Positions 39,553 to 52,853 of a stretch of DNA of 53,617 bases are shown piece by piece. Within the stretch, counting starts at the first letter, position 1. Each line of letters opens with the position of its first letter. The translations under genes and the position numbers were made by a program. The notes beneath the pieces are model-generated. The model saw only the letters and a list, made by a program, of their open reading frames with translations, did no database searches and was not told where the DNA came from. This stretch comes from Candidatus Limnocylindrales bacterium (GTDB taxonomy: Bacteria; Chloroflexota; Limnocylindria; Limnocylindrales; CSP1-4), in assembly GCA_035264845.1 (NCBI GenBank), contig DATFPL010000093.1:1-53617 (forward strand). Direction: 5' to 3'.

Positions 39553-40049
39553 CAGTCGGCCCGCTCCTCTTCGGCATACCGGTCGCGCAGAGACACGAAG
39601 AGCGGGCCGAGGACCGCGGCGACGACGGTGTCGTAGACCGCGCCCGGAAGAAGCGCGCGCAGGGGATCCGAAACCGAAATCGGCGCCGAGAGCGCGCCGA
39701 GGACGACAAGAAGCACGAGCGAGTTCACGATGGTCAGGACGAACACGAGGGGAATCGGCGCCAGAGGTCGCGCGCGGGTGAGCGCCCGACCGCCGACATA
39801 CGCCGCACCGAGCGACAGCAGGAGTGCGAACGCCGACACGCCGAGCGGTCGCGGTGCGAGTACGTCAAGCAGGAGGCCCCCGGCGAACGCCCAGACAAGC
39901 CCTGTTTCGAGCCCCGCCGCGACGGTCCAGATGACGCCAAGGACCAGCACGAGATGTGGCTGGACACCGGCGACGGCGATGTGAGGCGCCACGGTCAGCT
40001 CGAGTAGTCCGGCAACCACCGCGCCAACCGCAGCGAGGACGAGAGTCAT
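39549..40049 (-). CDS. mreD: Rod-shape-determining protein MreD
   Basis: 166-aa polytopic membrane protein with a 4-nt overlap with mrdA. Size, topology and position fit MreD. The call rests partly on context. Confidence 0.7.
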   Translation of the reverse strand: MTLVLAAVGAVVAGLLELTVAPHIAVAGVQPHLVLVLGVIWTVAAGLETGLVWAFAGGLLLDVLAPRPLGVSAFALLLSLGAAYVGGRALTRARPLAPIPLVFVLTIVNSLVLLVVLGALSAPISVSDPLRALLPGAVYDTVVAAVLGPLFVSLRDRYAEEERADW

Positions 40050-40199
40050 CCCGGACGCCGACCGTGGGCACTGTGTGCGTGGTCGCGCATCCTTGCGTCA
40101 AGCACTCGCGGCGACAGATTCGGAGGCAGCTTCACGCCGAACTATCTTACGCCAGTACCCCACCGGCAATGACCCGCAAGTCCCGGATGTGCCCCTAAC

Positions 40200-40215
40200 T
40201 GTTTCACGTGAAACA
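40200..40215. promoter_or_regulatory. parS: parS centromere site, a perfect 16-bp palindrome TGTTTCACGTGAAACA
   Basis: Exact match to the canonical Spo0J/ParB parS consensus TGTTNCACGTGAAACA. It lies 225 nt upstream of parA. Confidence 0.9.
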
Positions 40216-40396
40216 CGGGGTCCGGGACCTTTGGCGCCGACAATTTCGCGCCAGCAAATCCGGAATTCACCGGGCGTCGAGTCCCCGATACGTGGCGTCT
40301 GGCAGAGTCGCTCGGTAGATGGGCCGTTCGTGGCGACGGGCGCCCGCGGCGACGCGCCGGCGCGGTCGGCGGAAGCCGGGGACGAAGGCCGCTGGA

Positions 40397-40405
40397 TGGT
40401 AGAAT
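40397..40405 (+). promoter_or_regulatory. Extended -10 element TGgTAGAAT; candidate parA promoter
   Basis: Read directly, 35 nt upstream of the parA GTG. No good -35 element. Confidence 0.4.
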
Positions 40406-40440
40406 TAGCACTCGTGATTGACCTCCGGACGGGGCACTGA

Positions 40441-41264
40441 GTGGCCCAGACGATCGCCTGCGCCAACCAGAAGGGAGGCGTGGGAAAGACCACGACGGTG
40501 GTCAATCTGGCCACGTATCTCGCTCTCGCCGGCCAGCGAATCCTCGTCGTCGATCTCGATCCACAGGGAAACGCGACGAGCGGATTCGGCATCGACCGGA
40601 ATGCCGTCGAGCGGTCCATCTACGACGGGATCATCGATGGTGTTCCACTGGGCGATCTCGCTGTCGCGACCAGCGTCCCGCGTGTCGACCTGATCCCGTC
40701 CGCGGTCGGGCTCGCAGGGGCGGAGGTGGAGCTCGCCGGCATCGAACAGCGTGAGCGCCGCCTCGCTCGACTCATCGGGCTCGACGCCGATCGCTACGAC
40801 TACGTGCTTGTCGACTCGCCTCCCTCGGTCGGGCTCCTCACGGTCAACGCGCTGACCGCCGCGGACTCCGTGCTGATCCCGATCCAGTGCGAGTACTACG
40901 CCCTCGAAGGACTCACCCAGCTGATCGCAACCATCAATCTCGTTCGCGACCACCTCAACCCGTCGCTGGAGATCAAGGGAATCGTGCTGACGATGTATGA
41001 CGCCAGGACGAACCTGTCTGCCGACGTTGCGGCCGAGGTTCGTCGGCATCTCCGCGACGCCGTCTTCGAGACGATCGTGCCACGGAGCGTTCGGCTCTCG
41101 GAGGCGCCGAGCTACGGGCTCCCGATCGCGCTGTACCGCCCCGATAGCCGTGGTGCGATCGCGTACCGCGACCTCGCCGCGGAAATGCTTGCGCGCGATC
41201 GCGCGCTGCCGCCGACGACACGGGGATCGACGCCGGTGCCGTCGCCCGCACTGCCGGTGCTGGC

Positions 41265-41268
<4 letters not shown>
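40441..41268 (+). CDS. parA: Chromosome partitioning ATPase ParA/Soj
   Basis: Deviant Walker A: ANQKGGVGKTTTVVNLA, DLDPQGNAT. Confidence 0.95.
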
Positions 41269-44689
<3,421 letters not shown>

Positions 44690-44693
<4 letters not shown>

Positions 44694-45667
44694 CGGCGGC
44701 GGAGGGCGCCTCGACGAGCCCTGTCACGGCCCGCGCGGTCGCGTTCGTCGCCGCGCGCCGAGAATCGGCGGAGGCGATCGGGCGAGCGCTTGCCGACTCG
44801 ATCCATGAGCCGACCGAGTTCGCCGCGGAGCTTCGCCGCGGCCTCGCCTCGCTTGCCGACCCCGAATACCTCGCCGCTCAACGGCTGATCGCGCCCGGGA
44901 TCGGCCCGCTGCTCGGCGTGCGGTGGCCGCTCAATGCGGCGGTAGCGCGCGGCTTTCGCGGCGCCACGCGCAGCGTCAGCTCGTCGTCGCTCCTGCAGGT
45001 CGCGGATCGATTGCTCGGCGAGGACGCCCTCGAGCTCCACTGGTTCGCGTTCGGTCTGCTCGAGCGCGTCGTGACGACGGATCCGGAGCAGGCGTGGCAG
45101 CTGCTTCGCCGGGCAGCGCGCCAGGCCGGTGACTGGATCACGGTCGACAGCCTCGCCCACCCGTACGGGCGGGGAATCCTCCGCGAGCCGTTCCGCTGGG
45201 CGGAGCTCGAGCAGCTCGTCTTCTCGCCGTCGCGCTGGGAGCGACGCCTCGTCGGCTCGACCGTGGCGACCATTCCGTTCGTCGACCACGCGACAGGCCG
45301 TGAGCTGAACGTCGCGGCGCGCGGTCTCGGAATGATCGCCGACCTCATCGGCGACGACGAGCCCGACGTCCAGAAGGCGCTCGCGTGGGCCCTTCGGTCG
45401 CTGGTGCTCGTCGACGTGGACGCGGTCGCAGCGTTTTGTCGAGCCGAAGCCGCGGCCGCGGCAGCCACGGACGACGGGCACCGGGCGTGGGTCATCCGCG
45501 ACGTCCTCGCCAGGCTCGACGCCGGCACCGCCAACGAGATTCGTTCGGTGCTCGCAGGCGTTCGTCGGCGCACCGGCGATCCCGCAACCTCACGCGCATC
45601 GGAAACGAGGGCGCGGTTCGGCTCGCCGACCATCGCCCGCGGCGCGTCAGGACCGCCGCTCACTTGA
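44690..45667 (+). CDS. HEAT-repeat DNA alkylation repair (AlkD/AlkC-like, PF08713-type) protein
   Basis: 325 aa helical repeat protein: WITVDSLAHPYG..., ERRLVGSTVATIPF, DEPDVQKALAWALRSL. ATGA overlap with the thioesterase gene. The family call is moderate. Confidence 0.55.
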
Positions 45668-45725
45668 CCGACATGACGACACACCGTCTCCGCGGCTCCG
45701 CGGCGGACCCCAGGAGAGCTGATTC

Positions 45726-48287
45726 GTGACGGACGACATGGGCAACATCCGCGCCATCCACGTCGAGGACGAGATGCGGGTGAGCTATCTCGACTACGCG
45801 ATGAGCGTCATCGTCGCTCGCGCGCTGCCCGACGTCCGCGACGGCCTCAAGCCCGTCCATCGCCGGATCCTCTACACGATGGGCGAGATGGGCCTGTCGG
45901 CGACGAGCTCGTTCCGCAAGTGCGCGGCGATCGTCGGCGAGGTGATGGGGAAGTACCACCCCCACGGCGACGTGGCGCTCTACGACGCACTCGTCCGGCT
46001 CGCACAGGACTTCTCGATGCGCTACCCGCTGGTCGACGGGCAGGGCAACTTCGGGTCCGTCGACGGCGACGCCGCGGCCGCCATGCGCTACACCGAGGCG
46101 CGCCTCACGGGCATTGCCGCCGAGATGCTCGCGGACATCGACAAGGAAACCGTCGACTACGTCGACAACTACGACGGGACGCAGAAGGAGCCGTCGGTCC
46201 TGCCGGCGAAGCTGCCGAACCTGCTCATCAACGGCTCGAGCGGGATCGCCGTCGGGATGGCGACGAACATCCCGCCGCATCACCTCGGCGAGATCGCCGA
46301 CGCGACGATGGCGCTGATCGACGACCCCGAGATCACCGCCGACGAGCTGTGCAACTTCGTGCTGGGCCCTGACTTTCCGACGGGCGGCACGATCTACCGG
46401 TTCGAGCAGCAGCGGAACGTGCTCACCGGCGAGTGGGAGCGCGTCGACGCGATTCGGCAGATGTATGCGCACGGCCGCGGTCGCGTCGTCATGCGTGCGC
46501 AGGTCGCGTTCGAGGAGATCCGCGGCGACCGGATGGCGATCATCGTGACGGAGCTGCCGTACCAGGTGAACAAGTCCGCGCTGCTCGAAAAGATCGCCGA
46601 CATGGTCAAGGAGAAGCGGATCGAGGGCATCGCGGATCTGCGCGACGAGTCGGATCGCGACGGGATGCGGATGTACATCGAGATCAAGCGCGACGCCAAT
46701 CCGCACAAGGTGCTGAACAACCTCTTCAAGCACACGCCGCTGCAGCTGGCGTTCAACATGAACATGCTCGCGCTCGTCGACGGCCAGCCGCAGACGCTGC
46801 CGCTGAAGTCCGTCCTCCAGCACTACGTCGATCACCGCCGCGACATCGTTCGACGGCGCACCGAGTTCGACCTCGGCAAGGCTCGCGCGCGCGCCCACAT
46901 CCTCGAGGGCCTCAAGATCGCCCTCGACAACCTCGATGCCGTGATCCGCACGATCCGGGAGTCGGCGGACGTGGATCTCGCCCGGACGAACCTGATGAGC
47001 GGCTTTGAGCTCACCGAGCTGCAGGCCCAGGCGATCCTCGACATGCGGCTGGCGCGGCTCGCGGCGCTCGAGCGCAAGAAGATCGAGGACGAGTACCTCC
47101 AGGTCATCCAGCTCATCGCCGAGCTGGAGGACATCCTGGCCAATCCACAGCGCGTCCTCCAGATCATCAAGGACGAGCTGACCGAGCTGAAGCGCAAGTA
47201 CGCCGGCGATCGCCGCACGCGCGTCGCGGACGACTCGAGCCGCGAGATGACCGACGAGGACCTCATCGCGGACGAGGACGTCGTCATCACCATCAGCGGC
47301 CGCGGCTACATCAAGCGGCAGCCGGTCGCCACGTACCGCCGCCAGCACCGCGGCGGCAAGGGGATCATCGGCCACGTCACGCGCGAGGAAGACGCCGTCG
47401 ACAGTTTGCTCGTCGCGAACACGCACGACTGGGCCCTGTTCTTCACGAACCGCGGCCGCGTGTTCAGCGCCAAGGTCCACATGATTCCGGACGCCAGCCG
47501 GCAGGCGAAGGGCATCCCGATCATCAACCTGCCCGGCGTCCAGGTCGAGGCCGGCGAGTTCCCGCGGGCGACGATCGTCCTGCCGAACTTCGAGCCCGGC
47601 CACTACCTCGTGATGGCAACCGTTCGCGGCCACATGAAGAAGACGCCGCTCGAGCAGTTCGAGCGCGTTCGGTCGACCGGCATCCGGGCGATCACGATCA
47701 ACGACACGGACGAGCTCGCCTGGGTCGACGTGTCGAGCGGCGGCGACGACATCATCATCGCCACGGCGCAGGGGATGCTCGCGCGGTTCGCGGAATCGGA
47801 GGTCCGGCCGATGGGCCGCGACGCCGCCGGGGTCATCGGCATCCGGCTCCTCAAGCGCGAGGGCGACCAGGTCGTCGCGATGACGGTCGTCGAGCCGGAA
47901 TCGGACCTGCTCGTCCTGACCGAGACCGGCTACGGCAAACGCGTCCCCCTGACCGAGTTCCGGCGCAAGCACCGGGGCGGCCAGGGCGTCCGGCTGATCG
48001 CGCTCGAGGGCAAGAAGACCGGGGCGGTCGCGGCGGTCCAGCAGGTCACCGAGGAGGACGAGGAGCTCCTCCTGATCTCCGCGGGCGGTCAGGTCATCCG
48101 GACGGAGACGAACAGCGTCAACCGCTACTCGCCCGGCGCGCGCGGGGTGACCGTGATGCGGCTCGCCGAGGGCGACCGCGTGGTCGGCATCGCGGCGTTC
48201 CGGCCCGGGCTGGCAGAGCACGAGGATGTCGGCGACAATGACGCCCCGGGACCGGCCCCCGACGAAGGCCCGGGGCGCGGCGCCTGA
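45726..48287 (+). CDS. gyrA: DNA gyrase subunit A
   Basis: [42 protein letters not shown], catalytic AAMRYTE, beta-pinwheel C-terminal domain with an acidic tail. The GTG at 45726 follows AGGAGAG; an ATG at 45738 is the alternative. Confidence 0.97.
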   Translation: MTDDMGNIRAIHVEDEMRVSYLDYAMSVIVARALPDVRDGLKPVHRRILYTMGEMGLSATSSFRKCAAIVGEVMGKYHPHGDVALYDALVRLAQDFSMRYPLVDGQGNFGSVDGDAAAAMRYTEARLTGIAAEMLADIDKETVDYVDNYDGTQKEPSVLPAKLPNLLINGSSGIAVGMATNIPPHHLGEIADATMALIDDPEITADELCNFVLGPDFPTGGTIYRFEQQRNVLTGEWERVDAIRQMYAHGRGRVVMRAQVAFEEIRGDRMAIIVTELPYQVNKSALLEKIADMVKEKRIEGIADLRDESDRDGMRMYIEIKRDANPHKVLNNLFKHTPLQLAFNMNMLALVDGQPQTLPLKSVLQHYVDHRRDIVRRRTEFDLGKARARAHILEGLKIALDNLDAVIRTIRESADVDLARTNLMSGFELTELQAQAILDMRLARLAALERKKIEDEYLQVIQLIAELEDILANPQRVLQIIKDELTELKRKYAGDRRTRVADDSSREMTDEDLIADEDVVITISGRGYIKRQPVATYRRQHRGGKGIIGHVTREEDAVDSLLVANTHDWALFFTNRGRVFSAKVHMIPDASRQAKGIPIINLPGVQVEAGEFPRATIVLPNFEPGHYLVMATVRGHMKKTPLEQFERVRSTGIRAITINDTDELAWVDVSSGGDDIIIATAQGMLARFAESEVRPMGRDAAGVIGIRLLKREGDQVVAMTVVEPESDLLVLTETGYGKRVPLTEFRRKHRGGQGVRLIALEGKKTGAVAAVQQVTEEDEELLLISAGGQVIRTETNSVNRYSPGARGVTVMRLAEGDRVVGIAAFRPGLAEHEDVGDNDAPGPAPDEGPGRGA

Positions 48288-48322
48288 CAGCGCGGCGGCG
48301 TTCGAACGAGCTGGAGGCGCCG

Positions 48323-49438
48323 GTGTACGCGGACCAGTTCGAGATCTACCACGGCAACGCGAACCCCGACCTGGCGCGGAAGATCTGCCGCTACCTGGGG
48401 TCCGAGCCGGGGAAGCTCGAGGTGTTCCAGTTCGCGAACGAGAACATCTTCGTCAAGATTCTGGACAACGTCCGTGAGAAGGACGTCTTCCTGATCCAGC
48501 CGACGTCACACCCCGTGAACCAGTCGATCATGGAGCTCCTGATCATGATCGACGCGTTCAAGCGGGCGAGCGCGGGGCGCATCACGGCCGTCATCCCGTT
48601 CTACGCGTACGGCCGCTCGGACAAGAAGGATCAGCCGCGCGTGCCGATCACGGCCCGCCTGATCGCCGACATGATCACCGTCGCCGGCGCCGATCGGGTG
48701 CTGACGATGGACCTCCACCAGGGCCAGATCCAGGGCTTCTTCAACATCCCGGTCGATGAGCTGACCGCGGTCTACCACCTCTCGGCGTACTTCAAGCACA
48801 AGCACTTCGAGGACCTCGTCGTCGTCACCGACCTCGGGTTCGCGAAGCGGGCGCGGACGTTCGCCGAGCTCCTCGACGCGCCGCTCGCCATCATCGAGAA
48901 GCGGCGCATCGGGAACCTCGACCGCGCCGAGCTGATGAACGTCATCGGCGAGGTCCGAGGCCGGACCGCGATCATCGTCGACGACGAGATCGACACCGCG
49001 GGGACCCTCATCGAGATCGTGCGTGCACTTGAGCGCGAGGGCGTCTCGGAGATCTACGCCTGCGCCACGCACGGCGTGCTCAGCGACCCCGCGATCGACC
49101 GCATCCGCGACTCGAGTCTGCGTGAGATCGTCCTGACCGACACGATCCCGCTGCCACCGGCGAAGCGGATCCCGAAGATCCGGACGATCTCCGTCGCGCC
49201 GCTCATCGGCGAGGCGATCAAGCGGATCCACCGCGGCGAGTCGGTCGGTGCGCTCTTCTCGAGCGAGGTCTCGTTCACCCAGGAGATGCTGCTCTGGGAG
49301 GACGGTGTCGCGCGGAAGCTCGATCTCCGGATCGAACCGGGCCACGAAGCCGACGCCGACGACGGCGGGGACGGCAACGGGGACGACGCACGAGAGCCTC
49401 CGCAGCTCGCGTCGGCCGTCAATCCCGCCGACCGATGA
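48323..49438 (+). CDS. prs: Ribose-phosphate pyrophosphokinase with an acidic C-terminal extension of about 45 aa
   Basis: VFLIQPTS, YYAYGRSDKK-like (FYAYGRSDKKDQPR), DLHQGQIQGFF, IIVDDEIDTAGT. Confidence 0.93.
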   Translation: MYADQFEIYHGNANPDLARKICRYLGSEPGKLEVFQFANENIFVKILDNVREKDVFLIQPTSHPVNQSIMELLIMIDAFKRASAGRITAVIPFYAYGRSDKKDQPRVPITARLIADMITVAGADRVLTMDLHQGQIQGFFNIPVDELTAVYHLSAYFKHKHFEDLVVVTDLGFAKRARTFAELLDAPLAIIEKRRIGNLDRAELMNVIGEVRGRTAIIVDDEIDTAGTLIEIVRALEREGVSEIYACATHGVLSDPAIDRIRDSSLREIVLTDTIPLPPAKRIPKIRTISVAPLIGEAIKRIHRGESVGALFSSEVSFTQEMLLWEDGVARKLDLRIEPGHEADADDGGDGNGDDAREPPQLASAVNPADR

Positions 49439-49695
49439 GCCTCCAGCTCCACCGACCGGACGGCAAGGGCAACCTGGAACCGCGCCGGGTCGCCGACTCG
49501 AACTGGCGCAACCAGCTCGACCTGCCCCGCTGGGGCGCCGGCCTGCGTGGCAAGCGCCTGCCGGAGCTCGGCAACCCGGAGATGAACCCCACCACGACGG
49601 GCCGCTCCGTCGCGTTCTGGCTCGCCCTGGCCGCGCTGACGTTCGTTCTGTTGGTTCTTGGCTACGGCACCGGGTTCTGGCACCTCGTCCGCTGA
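49435..49695 (+). CDS. Hypothetical small protein with one C-terminal TM helix
   Basis: 86 aa. ATGA overlap with the prs stop. TM helix: VAFWLALAALTFVLLVLGYG. I recognise no homology. Confidence 0.4.
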   Translation: MSLQLHRPDGKGNLEPRRVADSNWRNQLDLPRWGAGLRGKRLPELGNPEMNPTTTGRSVAFWLALAALTFVLLVLGYGTGFWHLVR

Positions 49696-49792
49696 TCCGG
49701 CGACTCGAGGCAGGATCCTCCGAGGTCCGAGGCGAAGCTCCGCGACGCCATCGGCCCGAGGACTTCTGGCACCTCGTCCGCTGATCCGGCGA
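49675..49792 (+). repeat. 29-bp perfect direct repeat TTCTGGCACCTCGTCCGCTGATCCGGCGA (copies at 49675-49703 and 49764-49792, 60-bp spacer)
   Basis: Read directly. Copy 1 contains the last six codons and the stop of the small ORF. Copy 2 plus the following bases forms the hairpin GCTGATC-cggc-GATCAGC (49780-49797). Confidence 0.9.
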
Positions 49793-49843
49793 TCAGCAGC
49801 TTGATCCGGCTTCGGTCCGAACGGCCCGTATACTTCTCCGGAT

Positions 49844-52816
49844 ATGCGTTTCCTTTCCCGTTTCGTCGATTCCAACGACCGCGAGCTCCGGCAGATCCAA
49901 CCCCTCGTCGACGAGGCCAATGACCTCGAAGCCGAGATTCAGGCCCTCTCCGACGACGAGATCCGCGCCCGCATCGATGCCGTCCGGGCGGAGATCCGCG
50001 AGGCCGCCGAGCCCGACGAGCCGTCCGACGACGAGCTCCACCACGAGGATCTCGAGCGTCGCCGCGAGCTCGCCAGGGCCCGTCGCAAGGAGGAGCAGCG
50101 GCGGATCCAGGCCGCCCTCGACGTCGCGGCGCCGGAAGTATTCGCCATGGCCCGCGAGGCCATGCGCCGGACGCTTGGGATGCGCCATTTCGACGTCCAG
50201 CTGATCGGTGGCGCCGTCCTCCACCAGGGCAAGATCGCGGAGATGCGAACGGGCGAGGGCAAGACCTTCGTCCCGACGCTCGCGGCCGTCCTCAACGCGC
50301 TGAGCGGTCGCGGCGTCCACGTCGTCACCGTCAACGACTACCTCGCCCGCCGTGACCCGCAGTGGATGGGCCCGGCCTTCCACTTCCTCGGCGTCAGCGT
50401 CGGGATCATCACTCACGATGCCTCTTACCTCTTCGAGCCCGGCTATCCCACGAGCGACGAGCGCCTCATCAACCTGCGGCCGGTCGACCGCCGCGCGGCC
50501 TACGCGGCGGACATCACCTACGGCACGAACAACGAGTTCGGGTTCGACTACCTCCGCGACAACATGGTCGCGGAGCTCGACCAGCGGGTGCAGCGCGAGC
50601 GGAGCTACGCGATCGTCGACGAGGTCGACAACATCCTCATCGACGAGGCGCGGACGCCGCTCATCATCAGCGGCCAGGCGGAGGAATCGGCAGATCTCTA
50701 CTACACGTTCGCGAGGCTCGTCCCGCGCCTGAAGGCGCGGCCCGAGGGCGCCGAAGAGGGGGGCGACTACTTCGTCGATCTCAAGGATCGCGCCGTCTCG
50801 CCGACGGAGGACGGCGTCGACAAGATGGAGGGGCTGCTCGGCGTCGCGAACATGTACGACGCCGATCCGCGGCTCGCCCGCCACTTCGAACAGGCGCTCA
50901 AGGCGCACGCGCTGTACAAGCGAGACCGTGACTACATCGTCAAGGACGGCGAGATCATCATCGTCGACGAGTTCACCGGCCGGCAGATGCCGGGCCGGCG
51001 CTGGAGCGAGGGGCTGCATCAGGCAATCGAGGCGAAGGAGGGCCTGCGGGTCCAGCGCGAGAGCGTCACCCTCGCCACGATCACATTCCAGAACTACTTC
51101 CGCCTCTACGACAAGCTCGCCGGGATGACGGGCACGGCGATGACGGAAGCGGAGGAGTTTTCGAAGATCTACAACCTCGAGGTTGTCGCGATCCCGACCC
51201 GCCGGCCGATGGTCCGCGAGGACGAGCCGGACCTCGTGTTCCGCAATGAGCAGGGCAAGTTCAACGCGCTCATCGAGGAGGTCGTCGAGATGACCGAGGC
51301 CGGCCGGCCGGTCCTCGTCGGCACGGTGAGCGTGGAGAAGTCCGAGATCCTGTCGTCGATGCTCAAGCGCCGCGGCATCAGGCACGAGACGCTCAACGCG
51401 AAGTTCCACGAGAAGGAATCGGGCATCGTCGCCCAGGCTGGCAAGACCGCCGCGGTGACGATCGCGACGAACATGGCCGGCCGCGGCACGGACATCCTCC
51501 TCGGGGGGAACCCCGCCGGGCTCGCCTCCGACATGCTCCATCGGCGCGGGCTCAACCCCGCGGAGGTCGACAAGGCGACGTACGACGAGGCCCTCGCGGA
51601 GGCGAAGCTCGTCTGCGACGAGGACCACGAGCGCGTCGTCGGCGCGGGCGGCCTCCACATCATCGGCACCGAGCGGCACGACTCGCGGCGGATCGACAAC
51701 CAGCTTCGCGGCCGAGCCGGTCGCCAGGGCGACCCCGGCAGCTCGCGGTTCTACCTGTCCCTCGAGGACGACCTGATGAAGCGGTTCGCCTCGGACCGCG
51801 TCGCCGGCCTCATGGAGCGGATGGGACTCGAGGACGACGTCGCGATCGAGTCGCGCATCGTGTCGAAGACCATCGAGAGCGCGCAGAGCCGCGTCGAGGG
51901 CTACAACTTCGACGTCCGCAAGCGGGTCGTCGAGTTCGACGACGTCATCAACAAGCAGCGCGAGACGATCTACGCCGAGCGCGACAAGGTCCTCCGCAAC
52001 GAGGACCTGACGGACACGGTCCGTGCGTTCCTGGGCGACGAGGTCGATGCGATCGTCGACCAGTTCCTGAGCGCGCCGTCGCCGGACGACTGGAACATGG
52101 AGGGCCTCGCCGCCGCGCTCGCGGCAATGGGTGTCGACGGCGCGGGCGCGACCGAAGACGAGCTGTGGGAGCTGGGTGGCAGCGACGCGATCGCGGAGCA
52201 TCTCCACGATCTCGTCGAGGCGCGGATCGAGGCCCGCGAGCGCGAGGTGGGAGACGCCGACTGGGCGCTCGTCGAGCGCCTCGTTCTGCTTCGCACGATC
52301 GATTCCCTGTGGGTCGAGCACCTCACGGAGCTCGACGACATGCGTCGCGGCATCGGCCTGCGTGGCTACGCACAGCAGGACCCGCTCAACGAGTTTCGTC
52401 GCGAGGCGTTCCGACTGTACGAGGAGCTTCGCGGCCTCATCCGCCACCAGGTGGCGACAACGATCTTCCGCGTGACCGTCACGCGTCAGCCGGCGGAGCA
52501 GCCCGTCGGCGTCGGCAACGGCGACGGTTCTCGCGACCGGCGAACGTCCGGCGCGCGGGGCCGCGCCGCCGTCGGCGCCGCGGCGGCGGGCGCGACGGCG
52601 GGCGCCGGCATCGCGCGCGGGCTGCCGGAGGGACCTGCGGTCCGCGGCGTCACGGAATCGCTCGGCGAGCAGGCGGTCGACGCCGCGCGCGGTACCTCAG
52701 TCGCGCCGTCCAACGGCTCGCGCGCGGGCTTCACGCCGTCCGGTGACCGGATCGGACGCAACGATCCGTGCTACTGCGGGTCCGGGTTGAAGTACAAGAA
52801 GTGCCACGGGCGCTGA
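49844..52816 (+). CDS. secA: Preprotein translocase ATPase SecA
   Basis: MRTGEGKTF, DEVDNILIDEARTPLIISG, TNMAGRGTDI, and the C-terminal zinc motif CYCGSGLKYKKCHG. 990 aa. Confidence 0.97.
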   Translation: MRFLSRFVDSNDRELRQIQPLVDEANDLEAEIQALSDDEIRARIDAVRAEIREAAEPDEPSDDELHHEDLERRRELARARRKEEQRRIQAALDVAAPEVFAMAREAMRRTLGMRHFDVQLIGGAVLHQGKIAEMRTGEGKTFVPTLAAVLNALSGRGVHVVTVNDYLARRDPQWMGPAFHFLGVSVGIITHDASYLFEPGYPTSDERLINLRPVDRRAAYAADITYGTNNEFGFDYLRDNMVAELDQRVQRERSYAIVDEVDNILIDEARTPLIISGQAEESADLYYTFARLVPRLKARPEGAEEGGDYFVDLKDRAVSPTEDGVDKMEGLLGVANMYDADPRLARHFEQALKAHALYKRDRDYIVKDGEIIIVDEFTGRQMPGRRWSEGLHQAIEAKEGLRVQRESVTLATITFQNYFRLYDKLAGMTGTAMTEAEEFSKIYNLEVVAIPTRRPMVREDEPDLVFRNEQGKFNALIEEVVEMTEAGRPVLVGTVSVEKSEILSSMLKRRGIRHETLNAKFHEKESGIVAQAGKTAAVTIATNMAGRGTDILLGGNPAGLASDMLHRRGLNPAEVDKATYDEALAEAKLVCDEDHERVVGAGGLHIIGTERHDSRRIDNQLRGRAGRQGDPGSSRFYLSLEDDLMKRFASDRVAGLMERMGLEDDVAIESRIVSKTIESAQSRVEGYNFDVRKRVVEFDDVINKQRETIYAERDKVLRNEDLTDTVRAFLGDEVDAIVDQFLSAPSPDDWNMEGLAAALAAMGVDGAGATEDELWELGGSDAIAEHLHDLVEARIEAREREVGDADWALVERLVLLRTIDSLWVEHLTELDDMRRGIGLRGYAQQDPLNEFRREAFRLYEELRGLIRHQVATTIFRVTVTRQPAEQPVGVGNGDGSRDRRTSGARGRAAVGAAAAGATAGAGIARGLPEGPAVRGVTESLGEQAVDAARGTSVAPSNGSRAGFTPSGDRIGRNDPCYCGSGLKYKKCHGR

Positions 52817-52853
52817 TCTCGCCGAATCGAGCAGCGGCGCACCGCCGGCGGCG

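Noticed and set aside
40050-40440. An oriC call with DnaA boxes in the mreD-parA gap.
   Set aside because: By eye there are no TTATCCACA/TTGTCCACA-like 9-mers and no obvious AT-rich unwinding element. I report only the parS site and the strand switch, not an origin.
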